Shown in pieces: positions 1 through 8,293 of a stretch of DNA of 42,466 nucleotides. A model generated the notes under the pieces. That model was not told the origin of the DNA. It did no database searches and saw nothing but the letters and a program-made list of their open reading frames with translations. How positions within the stretch are numbered: the first letter of the stretch is position 1; each line of letters opens with the position of its first letter. Made by a program: the position numbers and the translations under genes. This stretch comes from a virus, in the IMG/VR virus record IMGVR_UViG_3300045988_079499. The stretch is one strand, 5' to 3'.

Positions 1-99
1 AATGAGGAAAACATTATAGAGAATAAAAAACTTCTTGCTGAAATTCGTAAAGAAATTAAAAAATTAGATTCAGAACGATTAGCGGTTAAGCGTGAAATC
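1..99. repeat. Terminal direct repeat, identical to 42368..42466 (circular or permuted assembly overlap)
   Basis: The first 99 nt (aatgaggaaaacattatagag...gtgaaatc) reappear exactly at the end of the window. A reading frame continues across the junction. Confidence 0.9.
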
Positions 100-693
100 A
101 TGACCCCTTATGATGAATTGAATGAAAAGATTAAATTATTGAAGGAAGTGTTAGGTGAAGGAGAGGAGCACATCAATGCTCAAATTAAACAGATTACAGT
201 ACGAGAACAAGAGGAACGTAAGTTACAAATCAAAGACTTATTTAAAAAATATCAAAAGTCGTATAACGCTCCGCAATGGCTTACTTTTGATAAGTTTTTA
301 GCAAAGAACCCAACGCTTATAACCAATAAGGCTACGAGTGCCAAAAAGATACGTGAAGCAGTGGTTTCCTATTTTGATACATTTAAGAATGATTACGAAC
401 AATTAAAACAAACCTATCCTGACAAAGATGATCGTTCAGCGATTTTAATTGCCTACTCTAAAAACGGCTTTAATATGCAAGAAGCTATCATTGACTATGC
501 AAACATGATTGCAGAAAAAGAACGTCTTGAAAAGGAACAGGCTAGAGTAAAAGAAACCAAAGTGCCTGACATTGTTATTATCACTGGAAACGAGCAAAAA
601 CAGGAGGCTCCTAAACCAGTTGAATATGTGACAATTAAGGTTAAGAAAGAAGAATTGAAGAAACTTAAAATTGAGTATGAGGTGGTAAAATGA
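1..693 (+). CDS. 3' portion of a wrap-around CDS (5' part at 42251..42466, ~269 aa in total). Coiled-coil-rich early phage protein, possibly DUF1351-like.
   Basis: Frame 1 is open from position 1. Residues 1..99 (NEENIIENKKLLAEIRKEIKKLDSERLAVKREI) match the C-terminus of the ORF that starts MAFELSIQATGKHEIQF at 42251. It sits upstream of the SSB-like gene. Confidence 0.6.
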   Translation, partial: NEENIIENKKLLAEIRKEIKKLDSERLAVKREIMTPYDELNEKIKLLKEVLGEGEEHINAQIKQITVREQEERKLQIKDLFKKYQKSYNAPQWLTFDKFLAKNPTLITNKATSAKKIREAVVSYFDTFKNDYEQLKQTYPDKDDRSAILIAYSKNGFNMQEAIIDYANMIAEKERLEKEQARVKETKVPDIVIITGNEQKQEAPKPVEYVTIKVKKEELKKLKIEYEVVK

Positions 694-908
694 ACTTAAC
701 AAATGAGGAACTAATTAAATTGGTAGAAGAGTATGATTCAAAAAACTTGGAGTTTGAAGATAATATTAGGGATAATACAACGGTTGAATATAGTGAATTG
801 GAAGACTATAATGCGGGTAACATAATCGTACTACTATGTCTAATTAAACTTAACCAAATAACGATGGATGAAATGTTAGAACAGTGCTTAACTAATCTAC
901 ACAAGTAA
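690..908 (+). CDS. Hypothetical protein (72 aa)
   Basis: ORF with an ATGA overlap onto the upstream gene. Confidence 0.4.
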   Translation: MNLTNEELIKLVEEYDSKNLEFEDNIRDNTTVEYSELEDYNAGNIIVLLCLIKLNQITMDEMLEQCLTNLHK

Positions 909-971
909 GGGAATATATGATATAATAGATTTTGTAAACGAGAATAAAACAAATTAATTGGAGGAATTAAA

Positions 972-1664
972 ATGTCAGAATTGAAAAAAGTAATTATTGT
1001 TAGTGCAGAGGAAGATGATATTAGTGTGAAATTACAGGTAGCCAGCGAAGATTATAGCGCTATCTATGAAGCTTCAGTATTTAAACAAACATATGATAAA
1101 GACTCTAAAACATGGAATGACTTCACAGATGAAGATGTAAAAGGTAAAGAACGATTAGCTAAAGCCTTAGAGTTGTTAGGTGGGTCGTTTGATAACCTTG
1201 AGGATAAAGAATTAGAAATGTACGTAGACGAAGAAACAGGTAAAGCCTACTTTGAAGAAGGAACATCAGTTAAAAAGATTGAAAAGCCACTGGTTTCGCT
1301 GAAACGATTAAAGCAAGTACCAATTGTTGAAATCAAAGACAGTGCAAAAGGACGCGCTGTTGTTGTAGAACATGACGGTAAATACTACTCGTTTAATTTC
1401 AACTCAGGAGTTTATATTGAGAAATTGAATAAATTTATTCCCAATCAAGCGAAACTTGCAAAAGCAAAAGCACGATTCAATGAGTTATTTGAAGATGTAA
1501 ATGTAACATGGGATACAGCAGATATGGCAATTGGAATGGTTGTAGATTGCACCATTAATAAAAACATGTTAGATCCAAAATCCCCATACGGTTGGTTAGA
1601 GGCACAACCTCTTGATCCTGACGATCAGAAAGAGGTTGTGACAGAAGAAGAGTTGCCATTCTAA
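972..1664 (+). CDS. Putative ssDNA-binding protein, non-canonical (gp2.5-like or DUF2815-type), with an acidic C-terminal tail
   Basis: RBS ggaggaattaaaATG. The C-terminus DPDDQKEVVTEEELPF is an acidic tail ending in aromatic -PF, as in SSB and T7 gp2.5. It lies in the early replication module. Confidence 0.45.
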   Translation: MSELKKVIIVSAEEDDISVKLQVASEDYSAIYEASVFKQTYDKDSKTWNDFTDEDVKGKERLAKALELLGGSFDNLEDKELEMYVDEETGKAYFEEGTSVKKIEKPLVSLKRLKQVPIVEIKDSAKGRAVVVEHDGKYYSFNFNSGVYIEKLNKFIPNQAKLAKAKARFNELFEDVNVTWDTADMAIGMVVDCTINKNMLDPKSPYGWLEAQPLDPDDQKEVVTEEELPF

Positions 1665-1675
1665 AATAAATTAAA

Positions 1676-1708
1676 AAGAAGTTAACTGAATAGTTGACTT
1701 CTTTTTTT
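1676..1708 (+). terminator. Rho-independent terminator after the SSB-like gene
   Basis: Stem aagaagt/acttctt with a 14-nt loop, followed by a T-run (ctttttttat). Confidence 0.6.
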
Positions 1709-1752
1709 ATCCATGTTAACATTAACTTGTAAGATAAAGAGGAGGAAATAGA
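1694..1752 (+). promoter_or_regulatory. Early promoter variant (TTGACT-17-TAACAT) plus a leader (TAACTTGTAAGATAAAGAGGAGGA) for HNH #1
   Basis: The -35 is at 1694..1699 and the -10 at 1717..1722. The leader is similar to the recurring early cassette. Confidence 0.45.
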
Positions 1753-2262
1753 ATGGAAGAAATTTGGAAAGATATTGAAGGCTTTGAAGGATTATATCAG
1801 GTGAGCAATTTAGGAAGGGTGAAGAGTTCATATACTAATAGAGTTTTGAAAGGTTATAAAGATACATGTGGATATCTACTAGTTGGTTTATATAAAAACA
1901 ATATTAGATCTAGTAAGAAAATTCATCGTCTAGTCGCACAAGCGTTAATACCAAACCATGAAAACAAACCAGAGGTTAATCACATAGACGAGAATAAAAC
2001 AAATAACATGGTTTCTAACCTAGAATGGATGACTGCTAAGGAAAACTCAAATCATGGAACACGTAATGAAAGAGTGAGTAAAACTAAAAACATTCCAATC
2101 ATCGCAATTCATTTAAAGACTGGTGAGTCTACAGACTTCTGTAGTGGTAAAGAATGCGCAATACAATTAGGTTTAGATCCATCAAACATTACAAAAGTAA
2201 TAAAGGGTAGATACAAACAAACAGGTGGATATACATTCAAATATAACGGAGGGTACAACTAA
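1753..2262 (+). CDS. HNH homing endonuclease (NUMOD4 + HNH_3), copy 1
   Basis: N-terminal IWKDIEGFEGLYQVSNLGRV (NUMOD4). The motif NHIDENKTNNMVSNLEWMTAKEN is an HNH_3 motif. It is a paralog of 36674..37177. Confidence 0.85.
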   Translation: MEEIWKDIEGFEGLYQVSNLGRVKSSYTNRVLKGYKDTCGYLLVGLYKNNIRSSKKIHRLVAQALIPNHENKPEVNHIDENKTNNMVSNLEWMTAKENSNHGTRNERVSKTKNIPIIAIHLKTGESTDFCSGKECAIQLGLDPSNITKVIKGRYKQTGGYTFKYNGGYN

Positions 2263-2474
2263 TGAACATTGGAAACGTGGTAGAACTAAAGCGAGATAAT
2301 CTAAATGGCTTAGGTAACAAAGGCGACAAAGGAGTGATTCTGTACAAGCTGTATAAGCCAGTTGATGGTTACGAATACATGCTCAGATTGTATAGTGGTT
2401 CAACAGAAGCCTTCCTAGAAAAAGATTTAAAATTAGCAGTTAAAAACATTGACAAAGTAAACTTTGTATGGTAA
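2262..2474 (+). CDS. Hypothetical protein (70 aa)
   Basis: ORF with a TAATG overlap. Confidence 0.4.
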   Translation: MNIGNVVELKRDNLNGLGNKGDKGVILYKLYKPVDGYEYMLRLYSGSTEAFLEKDLKLAVKNIDKVNFVW

Positions 2475-2508
2475 CGTTAATTCATAAGATAAAGAGAGGA
2501 AGATTAAA
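2449..2508 (+). promoter_or_regulatory. Early promoter-leader cassette copy (TTGACA-17-TAACGT + TAATTCATAAGATAAAGAGAGGA)
   Basis: The -35 TTGACA is at 2449..2454 with a 17-nt spacer. The conserved leader precedes the ATG at 2509. Confidence 0.45.
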
Positions 2509-2841
2509 ATGACTAAACAAAATTCAGTATTAGAAACATTGAAGAAAATGAACACACCACAACAGGAGGAAAATGAAATGTCAAATGAACACTTACAACA
2601 TGAAATTTACAAAGAACAATTACGCCAATTAAAAGAATTGAATGAAGGTAGTAAAAAACCAAGTTTGACTGTTTATTTATTGCTAGCACTATTCTTAGGA
2701 GGAATTGGTGCCCATGATTTCTACGTTGGAAAACCAGTGAAAGGACTTATTAAACTAGTGTTCTGTTGGACAGGTATTCCTACAATTATTTCACTATTCA
2801 ATATTATTGGCGCATTGATAAACAAAGATGATTTCAAATAA
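2509..2841 (+). CDS. TM2-domain membrane protein
   Basis: YLLLALFLGGIGAHDFYVGKPVKGLIKLVF matches the TM2-domain signature (GG.GAH.FY.G) and contains two predicted transmembrane helices. Confidence 0.55.
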   Translation: MTKQNSVLETLKKMNTPQQEENEMSNEHLQHEIYKEQLRQLKELNEGSKKPSLTVYLLLALFLGGIGAHDFYVGKPVKGLIKLVFCWTGIPTIISLFNIIGALINKDDFK

Positions 2842-2855
2842 GGAGGAACTTTAAA

Positions 2856-3062
2856 ATGATGTTAGTAGACAACTTAATTTTAACAGTCAAAGATGAAGAT
2901 GGTGTAATCATCAATAGACATTTTAATGAGGTATATATAAAGATTGATCCAACGCAAATGATGATCGCAAACAAGAAGCACACGATTGCTGTTTATAAGT
3001 TAGATGATGTATTATATATGCAAACACAAGGCCATCCAAGACAGTTTAGAATGTTCCAATGA
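2856..3062 (+). CDS. Hypothetical protein (68 aa)
   Basis: ORF preceded by an RBS (aaggaggaacttt). Confidence 0.4.
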   Translation: MMLVDNLILTVKDEDGVIINRHFNEVYIKIDPTQMMIANKKHTIAVYKLDDVLYMQTQGHPRQFRMFQ

Positions 3063-3164
3063 GATACACTATTGAGAGTTTCATAGAGTTTATAGTTTGC
3101 ACTTGTGTACTAATAATAGATGTGATATACTATATTATATTCAAACGAGAGAGGAAGTAACTAG

Positions 3165-5444
3165 ATGAAAAACATAGCAGAATTTCAAGGTGCTGAAAAA
3201 CTAGCAAGTAAGCTGTTAGAAATATTCGCAGCACTTGCTGGTAATGGGAAAAGCTTTGATCCACTAATAGAAGGTGTTCACCAAATTGTAGTCATTAAAG
3301 CAGAGGAACGTTTAAGCGCTAAAGGTAAAGAAATGAAAGAGATTAAAGTACGTAGCACAAATGATGGACGTGATACTACTTTTTATATTATGAAGTTTCG
3401 CAAACAAGATTGGAAAACGTGGGAAAAGATAGAAGTTGGACAGCAACTGATTATCACTCTAAAATACAGTAATGGTTTCCCTAACGTAACAATTAACCAA
3501 AAAGGAGGAGTTGTTGATAACTTACCTGAGAAACCAAACAAAGCATTAACTAATCAAACTATTTATCTTTATGATATTGAAGTATTTAAAAAAGATAACT
3601 TATTTGTTTTCAGAGATTACTTCACTAAAGAATGGACAGTTATTCATAATGATTTAGATGCGTTACGCAAGTTCTATCTAGCGAATAGAGATTCGTTGTT
3701 TGTAGGTTATAACTCACACTCATATGACTCAAATGTCATGCGCGCTTACTTACAAGGAAAAAACCCATTTCATGTGTCAAAAGCAATCATTGAAAGTGAT
3801 GATAGAGCATTAGCCTATAAAATGTTTGATACTAAGAAAACTCCACTTTTTGGAATGGATTTATATCAAGACAACAGAGGTTTTAGTTTGAAAGAGCATA
3901 GTGCTTTCATGGGTATTAATATTAAAGAAACTGAGGTAGACTTTGATTTAGATAGAGAACTAACAGAAGAAGAACAAGTCTTGAATGAGCTATACTGTAA
4001 AAATGATGTGTTAGCTACTGAAAAACGTTTTGAACAAAACATAGGCATGTTAGTAGCTAAGGCTGCAATTGCCCTATACTTTGGTTTAGATAAAATGGCT
4101 CTATCAATGACAAACGCAAACTTGACTGCTGAACTATTAGGGGCTGAGAAAACACCTGATAGAGGTGATGAACTAGATAAATATGAATTACCAGAAGGAT
4201 TTAAAATTGAGTCAGAGACCATTCGTCAGGCATTTATGACAAATAAGTTTGAGGCGAACGAAAAAGGGCATGCAAGTATTTCATTAGATGTACCACGCAG
4301 AGACGTAACAGAGGTTTTAGGAGTAGGGGGTATACATGGCGCTAAAGAGTCATTTATTCATGTAGGTAAATTCCACGCACGTGACGTAGGTTCACTTTAT
4401 CCAAATACAATGGTTTTATTTGACTACTTATCAAGAAACATCCCAGAAGACAAACGGCATATTTATCAAATGTTACTTGATGAACGTATGGAAGCTAAGT
4501 ATTCTAATAAAGAATTTACTGAAATTAAAGGGGTAAAAATTCCAACCAAACTATTAATTAATGGCTATAAACTACCTTTAAACACTAAATATGGTGCAAT
4601 GGGAGCTGAGTTTAATAAACTGTATGATCCACGTATGCGACTTCTTGTTTGTATCACAGGTCAAATGGCAATGTGGGATTTACTAGAAAAGATTGAAGAC
4701 CATGCTACTATCATTCAATCAAACACAGACGCTCACTATTACATTCCATTTAGTGAAGAAGATGAGAAAGCCATTGATGATATCGCAGATGATTGGATGA
4801 AACGAACAGGATATACCTTAGATGATGATCCTTTTAAAGCCATTTTCCAGAAGGACGTCAATAATTACTTGGCAGTTACATCAGACGGTAAAGTGAAGTT
4901 TAAAGGCGCTATTGGTCTAACAAATGGATTGAAAGTTTCTAAAGCGATTGTGTCAAATGCGTTCATTAATTATGTGGTTGGAGGTAAAGATTATAAAGAG
5001 TTTATCAATGAATGTGATGAACTACGTCAATTCCAAATGATTACTAAAACTGGATGGACGTTTGATGATACTGTAGTACGTGATGTTTATGGTAATGAAC
5101 GAAAAGCCCAAAAGGTGAATCGTACATTTGCAATAAAAGACCCTAACAAAGCTGTTGAAATATTTAAAGTAAAACGTGGAGCTGTTGTTGAAGAGGAAGG
5201 TACTACAATTATTGGTGATGATTCTTACACTAAAGGCTTGCCTAATGCGCCTGAGTATTATGCCATTGACAATGAAGCTATTGGTGAAGGATGGATAACT
5301 ATTGATGATATTGACAAAGAGTACTATATAAACCAGGTGGAAGACCTATTAGTGCTATGGTTTGGTACTAACTGGAAAGAACGGATTGAACAAGCACATA
5401 GTCAAATGAAAGAATTTCCAGAAGTTAAAAATTATATTGATTAA
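3165..5444 (+). CDS. Family-B DNA polymerase with 3'-5' exonuclease and an N-terminal extension of about 130 aa
   Basis: Exo I is YLYDIEVF and Exo II is FVGYNSHSYDSNVM. Pol motif A is RDVGSLYPNTMV (Dx2SLYP), motif B is KLPLNTKYGAMG (Kx3NSxYG), and the motif C region is QSNTDAHYY. Confidence 0.7.
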   Translation: MKNIAEFQGAEKLASKLLEIFAALAGNGKSFDPLIEGVHQIVVIKAEERLSAKGKEMKEIKVRSTNDGRDTTFYIMKFRKQDWKTWEKIEVGQQLIITLKYSNGFPNVTINQKGGVVDNLPEKPNKALTNQTIYLYDIEVFKKDNLFVFRDYFTKEWTVIHNDLDALRKFYLANRDSLFVGYNSHSYDSNVMRAYLQGKNPFHVSKAIIESDDRALAYKMFDTKKTPLFGMDLYQDNRGFSLKEHSAFMGINIKETEVDFDLDRELTEEEQVLNELYCKNDVLATEKRFEQNIGMLVAKAAIALYFGLDKMALSMTNANLTAELLGAEKTPDRGDELDKYELPEGFKIESETIRQAFMTNKFEANEKGHASISLDVPRRDVTEVLGVGGIHGAKESFIHVGKFHARDVGSLYPNTMVLFDYLSRNIPEDKRHIYQMLLDERMEAKYSNKEFTEIKGVKIPTKLLINGYKLPLNTKYGAMGAEFNKLYDPRMRLLVCITGQMAMWDLLEKIEDHATIIQSNTDAHYYIPFSEEDEKAIDDIADDWMKRTGYTLDDDPFKAIFQKDVNNYLAVTSDGKVKFKGAIGLTNGLKVSKAIVSNAFINYVVGGKDYKEFINECDELRQFQMITKTGWTFDDTVVRDVYGNERKAQKVNRTFAIKDPNKAVEIFKVKRGAVVEEEGTTIIGDDSYTKGLPNAPEYYAIDNEAIGEGWITIDDIDKEYYINQVEDLLVLWFGTNWKERIEQAHSQMKEFPEVKNYID

Positions 5445-5448
5445 ACAC

Positions 5449-5510
5449 TTGACACCTCAATTATGAGGTGTTATACTTAATTCATAAGTTAAGAGGAGGA
5501 CGTAAAGAAC
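5449..5510 (+). promoter_or_regulatory. Early promoter-leader cassette (TTGACA-17-TATACT + TAATTCATAAGTTAAGAGGAGGA); the spacer is a 20-bp palindrome
   Basis: TTGACA is at 5449..5454 and TATACT at 5472..5477. The spacer acacctcaattatgaggtgt is an inverted repeat. Confidence 0.6.
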
Positions 5511-6243
5511 ATGAGATACGTAGGAAGTAAAAACAGACTTAGTAAAGAACTAGCACCAATTATTCAAAGTTATATTACAGATGACACAGTAGCATATATA
5601 GAACCATTTGTAGGTGGGGCTAATATGATTGATAAAATAAACCATCATAATAAAATAGGTAGTGATTTACACAAGAATCTAATTGCATTATTAAACTATA
5701 CTAGAGATGATTCATCTTTAATACCTTCAAGAATTTCAGAAGAAGAATACAATCGTGTAAAAGCAAATAGAGATAGCTACGAACCATGGTATGTTGGTTT
5801 AGTTGGATTCTGTGGATCGTTTGGAGCAAAGTATTTTGGTGGATACGCTAGAAACAAAAAAGGAGACGATAGCGGTGAGTGGTCAGCTGGTGCTATCAAA
5901 AATTTAAAAAAAACAATCAACACTGTTTAAAGATGTTACATTTGAATGTAAATCATTTACTGATTATAACCCAACTGATTATAAAAACTGTGTCTTTTAT
6001 TTAGACCCACCATACAGAAAAACATTATCTTATTCAACTGGAAACTTTCCATATGCGGACTTTGATAAGTGGGCTATTGAATTAGCTAAAAACAATACAG
6101 TATTAATTAGTGAATACCAAATGCCAGAAGATAAATTTGAATGTATATGGAGTAAAGACACAAAGGTATCTATTACAAATCAAGGAGATATAAAAAATAA
6201 AAAACGAGTTGAAAAATTATTTAAAGTTAAAGGAGGAAATTAA
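5511..6243 (+). CDS. dam: DNA adenine methyltransferase (D12/Dam class) split by a frameshift in an A8 run at 5906..5913. It would be intact with A9.
   Basis: The N-terminal part (5511..5930) has YIEPFVGGANM (motif I). The +1 frame from 5908 to 6243 has CVFYLDPPY (motif IV). The two frames overlap only within the poly-A tract. Confidence 0.65.
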
Positions 6244-6244
6244 A

Positions 6245-6466
6245 ATGATTAAAATTTATACTAAAAACAACTGCATGCCCTGCAAAATGACTAAGAACTG
6301 GTTTAAAAGAAAAGGACACACCTTTACTGAGGTGAATGTAGATGATAACCTAGAAGGGTTAAATGAATTACTTACTATGAACCTAAGAACACTACCTGTA
6401 GTGTTTAAAGATGATGAGTTTGTGAGTATGGGATTCGCACCAAACAAATGGGAAGAATTTAAGTAG
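6245..6466 (+). CDS. NrdH-like glutaredoxin/thioredoxin-fold redoxin
   Basis: MIKIYTKNNCMPCKMTK contains a CxxC motif. Length is ~73 aa, with RBS aaaggaggaaattaaaATG. Confidence 0.55.
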   Translation: MIKIYTKNNCMPCKMTKNWFKRKGHTFTEVNVDDNLEGLNELLTMNLRTLPVVFKDDEFVSMGFAPNKWEEFK

Positions 6467-6478
6467 GGAGGAAGATTA

Positions 6479-7174
6479 GTGTTGATTACATTAGCTGGAG
6501 TAATTGGGGTAGGTAAATCCTCAATGACACGATTATTAAGTGAGTTACTGGAGACTAAAGCAGTTTATGAACCAGTTGAGGATAATCCTCTATTGGAGAA
6601 GTTCTACGCAGATAAGAAAAAGTATGGTTTTCTATTTCAAATTGACATGTTATCCAAGCGCTTTGAACTTATTCAAGAGGCCATGAGTGTTAAAAATGGC
6701 ATTCTTGATCGTTCAATTTATGAGGATTCAATCTTTTTAAAGCAGCTATATGATGAAGGCTCTGTGAACGAGTTAGAATTTGAGGTCTATACTAAACTGT
6801 TGAATCGCATGTTGAAAGAGTTAGAACCATTGCCAAAGAAATCACCAGATTTAATGATTGTTTTAAATTGTAGCTTTGATGAAGAAATTAAACGCATCAA
6901 TAAACGAGCAAGAGATTTTGAGAAGGTTGAAGAAGATACTGATCTATTTGAGTACTTCAAACGACATCACGAAAATTATCAAGACTGGATGGCTAAAGAT
7001 TTAGGTTTCCCTAAATTAATCATAGATGTAACAGAACTTGACTATGTTAATAATCCAGAACACCGTATGAAAGTACTAATGATGATATTAGATGAATTAT
7101 TCCATGTAGGAGCGCTTAGTGGTGAAGAATACACCTATTTCTCTCAAAAACTGTGTCTCTCACGAGCATTTTAA
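6479..7174 (+). CDS. Deoxynucleoside kinase (dNK family)
   Basis: P-loop GVIGVGKSS, plus the DRSIYEDSIF (DRS/ERS) motif. The start codon is GTG. Confidence 0.7.
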   Translation: MLITLAGVIGVGKSSMTRLLSELLETKAVYEPVEDNPLLEKFYADKKKYGFLFQIDMLSKRFELIQEAMSVKNGILDRSIYEDSIFLKQLYDEGSVNELEFEVYTKLLNRMLKELEPLPKKSPDLMIVLNCSFDEEIKRINKRARDFEKVEEDTDLFEYFKRHHENYQDWMAKDLGFPKLIIDVTELDYVNNPEHRMKVLMMILDELFHVGALSGEEYTYFSQKLCLSRAF

Positions 7175-7187
7175 GCACTTTAAATTT
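7152..7187. repeat. 36-bp direct repeat, copy A (tgtgtctctcacgagcatt..ttaaattt). It overlaps the 3' end of the dNK gene.
   Basis: 32 of 36 positions match copy B at 8943..8978. Together the two copies bracket the lysis cassette. Confidence 0.8.
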
Positions 7188-7222
7188 ATTAAACAAGGTA
7201 ATTACCCAATTAAATACAAAAG

Positions 7223-7250
7223 AAAACCACTGGATTAACCAGTGGTTTTT
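7223..7250. terminator. Bidirectional rho-independent terminator between the convergent early (+) and late (-) modules
   Basis: aaaaccactgg-attaa-ccagtggtttttatt: an 11-bp stem with an A-run on the left and a T-run on the right. Confidence 0.8.
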
Positions 7251-7251
7251 A

Positions 7252-8277
7252 TTATAGGCTCAAATATATTGAGTCAATTCGCACATCATTTACTGCGCCT
7301 TCGCCGTTAGCTTTATTAGCTCTACGCAAGATAACATCTACTTTTTTACCTTTGAACTGAGCTTTCTTAACAGTTACGTCAAACCCAAGCTCTTGTCCAC
7401 CTTGATAACCATATGCTTTCTTCACGTCTGGGCGTTTAATACCAGCAGACTGAACACGTGTCAATTCTTTGTTTGTTCCATGTTGCATGAAGATAACATA
7501 TGCATATCGTCCAATAGGACCTTGTGGCTTATCAGGAACTAACCAACCAGCCACACGAATCTGATCTTTACCATGACCATTAAAGTAGTCAAGTTTACCC
7601 CAAGCATTACCTTGATGTTTAGGTTTTGTAGCAGCTACTGCCTTATCATGTTGGCTAGGTGTTGAAGGTGTTACGTTAGCACCACTTGGAGGTGTTTGTC
7701 CACCTGTAGATGGAGCTTTACCATCTGGTTTAAAACTAGGGTTATTGTAATACTTAAGAACGTTTTTAATCACATAATCCTTCATTGCGTTAGTTACATT
7801 AGCCGGCTGTGCCTGTGTTGAGTTGAAACCAGTGTGAATAATTAACGAACGTTTAGGACATTGCGTGGCTGAAAACTCATGATGTAGACGTACTGTATTG
7901 CGGTTAACTGGTAACCCATAGTATTTCAAATCTTGTGCAATTTGCCAGAAGGTATTTTCTTCAGCTTGCAAGAAGTCTTTTAGTGGTGTCTGATCGTTAC
8001 CACACACTTCATAACCAATATAGTTTGTATTACCATCACTGTTTGCCGTATGCCAAGCGGCATTATAGGTATCTTCAGTACGCCAGATTGTGTTCTTATC
8101 AATGTAGTAATGCGCAAAACCCGCTGCTAATTGATTGTTGTTCATTGCTGCTAAACGATTAGCCTCTTGTTTAGCTGTTGAGTTACCCCATGTATTATGG
8201 AATACTACACCTTTTACTGCACCTGGTCTGCGTCCAGCCACGCCACGTGTGACTGTTTTATTGATAATTTCTACCAT
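7252..8277 (-). CDS. Endolysin: N-acetylmuramoyl-L-alanine amidase (Amidase_2/PGRP) with a C-terminal cell-wall-binding domain
   Basis: N-terminal GVVFHNTWGNSTAKQEANRL...AHYYID...YIGYEVCG is an amidase_2 signature. A Thr/Pro/Ser linker (TPPSGANVTPSTPS) separates it from the C-terminal domain. Confidence 0.8.
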   Translation of the reverse strand: MVEIINKTVTRGVAGRRPGAVKGVVFHNTWGNSTAKQEANRLAAMNNNQLAAGFAHYYIDKNTIWRTEDTYNAAWHTANSDGNTNYIGYEVCGNDQTPLKDFLQAEENTFWQIAQDLKYYGLPVNRNTVRLHHEFSATQCPKRSLIIHTGFNSTQAQPANVTNAMKDYVIKNVLKYYNNPSFKPDGKAPSTGGQTPPSGANVTPSTPSQHDKAVAATKPKHQGNAWGKLDYFNGHGKDQIRVAGWLVPDKPQGPIGRYAYVIFMQHGTNKELTRVQSAGIKRPDVKKAYGYQGGQELGFDVTVKKAQFKGKKVDVILRRANKANGEGAVNDVRIDSIYLSL

Positions 8278-8293
8278 GTTATCACTCTCTTTC

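Noticed and set aside
1-99. True direct terminal repeats (DTR) of the virion
   Set aside because: The repeat boundary falls in the middle of a codon-continuous gene, and the gene order is that of an HNH/cos packaging phage. The repeat is most likely a circular-assembly overlap.
445-702. Minus-strand 85-aa ORF inside the + strand wrap-around gene
   Set aside because: An antisense shadow ORF in AT-rich sequence, with no RBS, lying opposite a well-supported gene.
3866-4222. Minus-strand 118-aa ORF inside the DNA polymerase gene
   Set aside because: A shadow ORF. The sense frame carries clear polymerase motifs.
5906-5913. Calling the Dam break a programmed +1 frameshift
   Set aside because: The available evidence cannot separate recoding from a homopolymer sequencing error or a true pseudogene. 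It is reported only as an interrupted gene.
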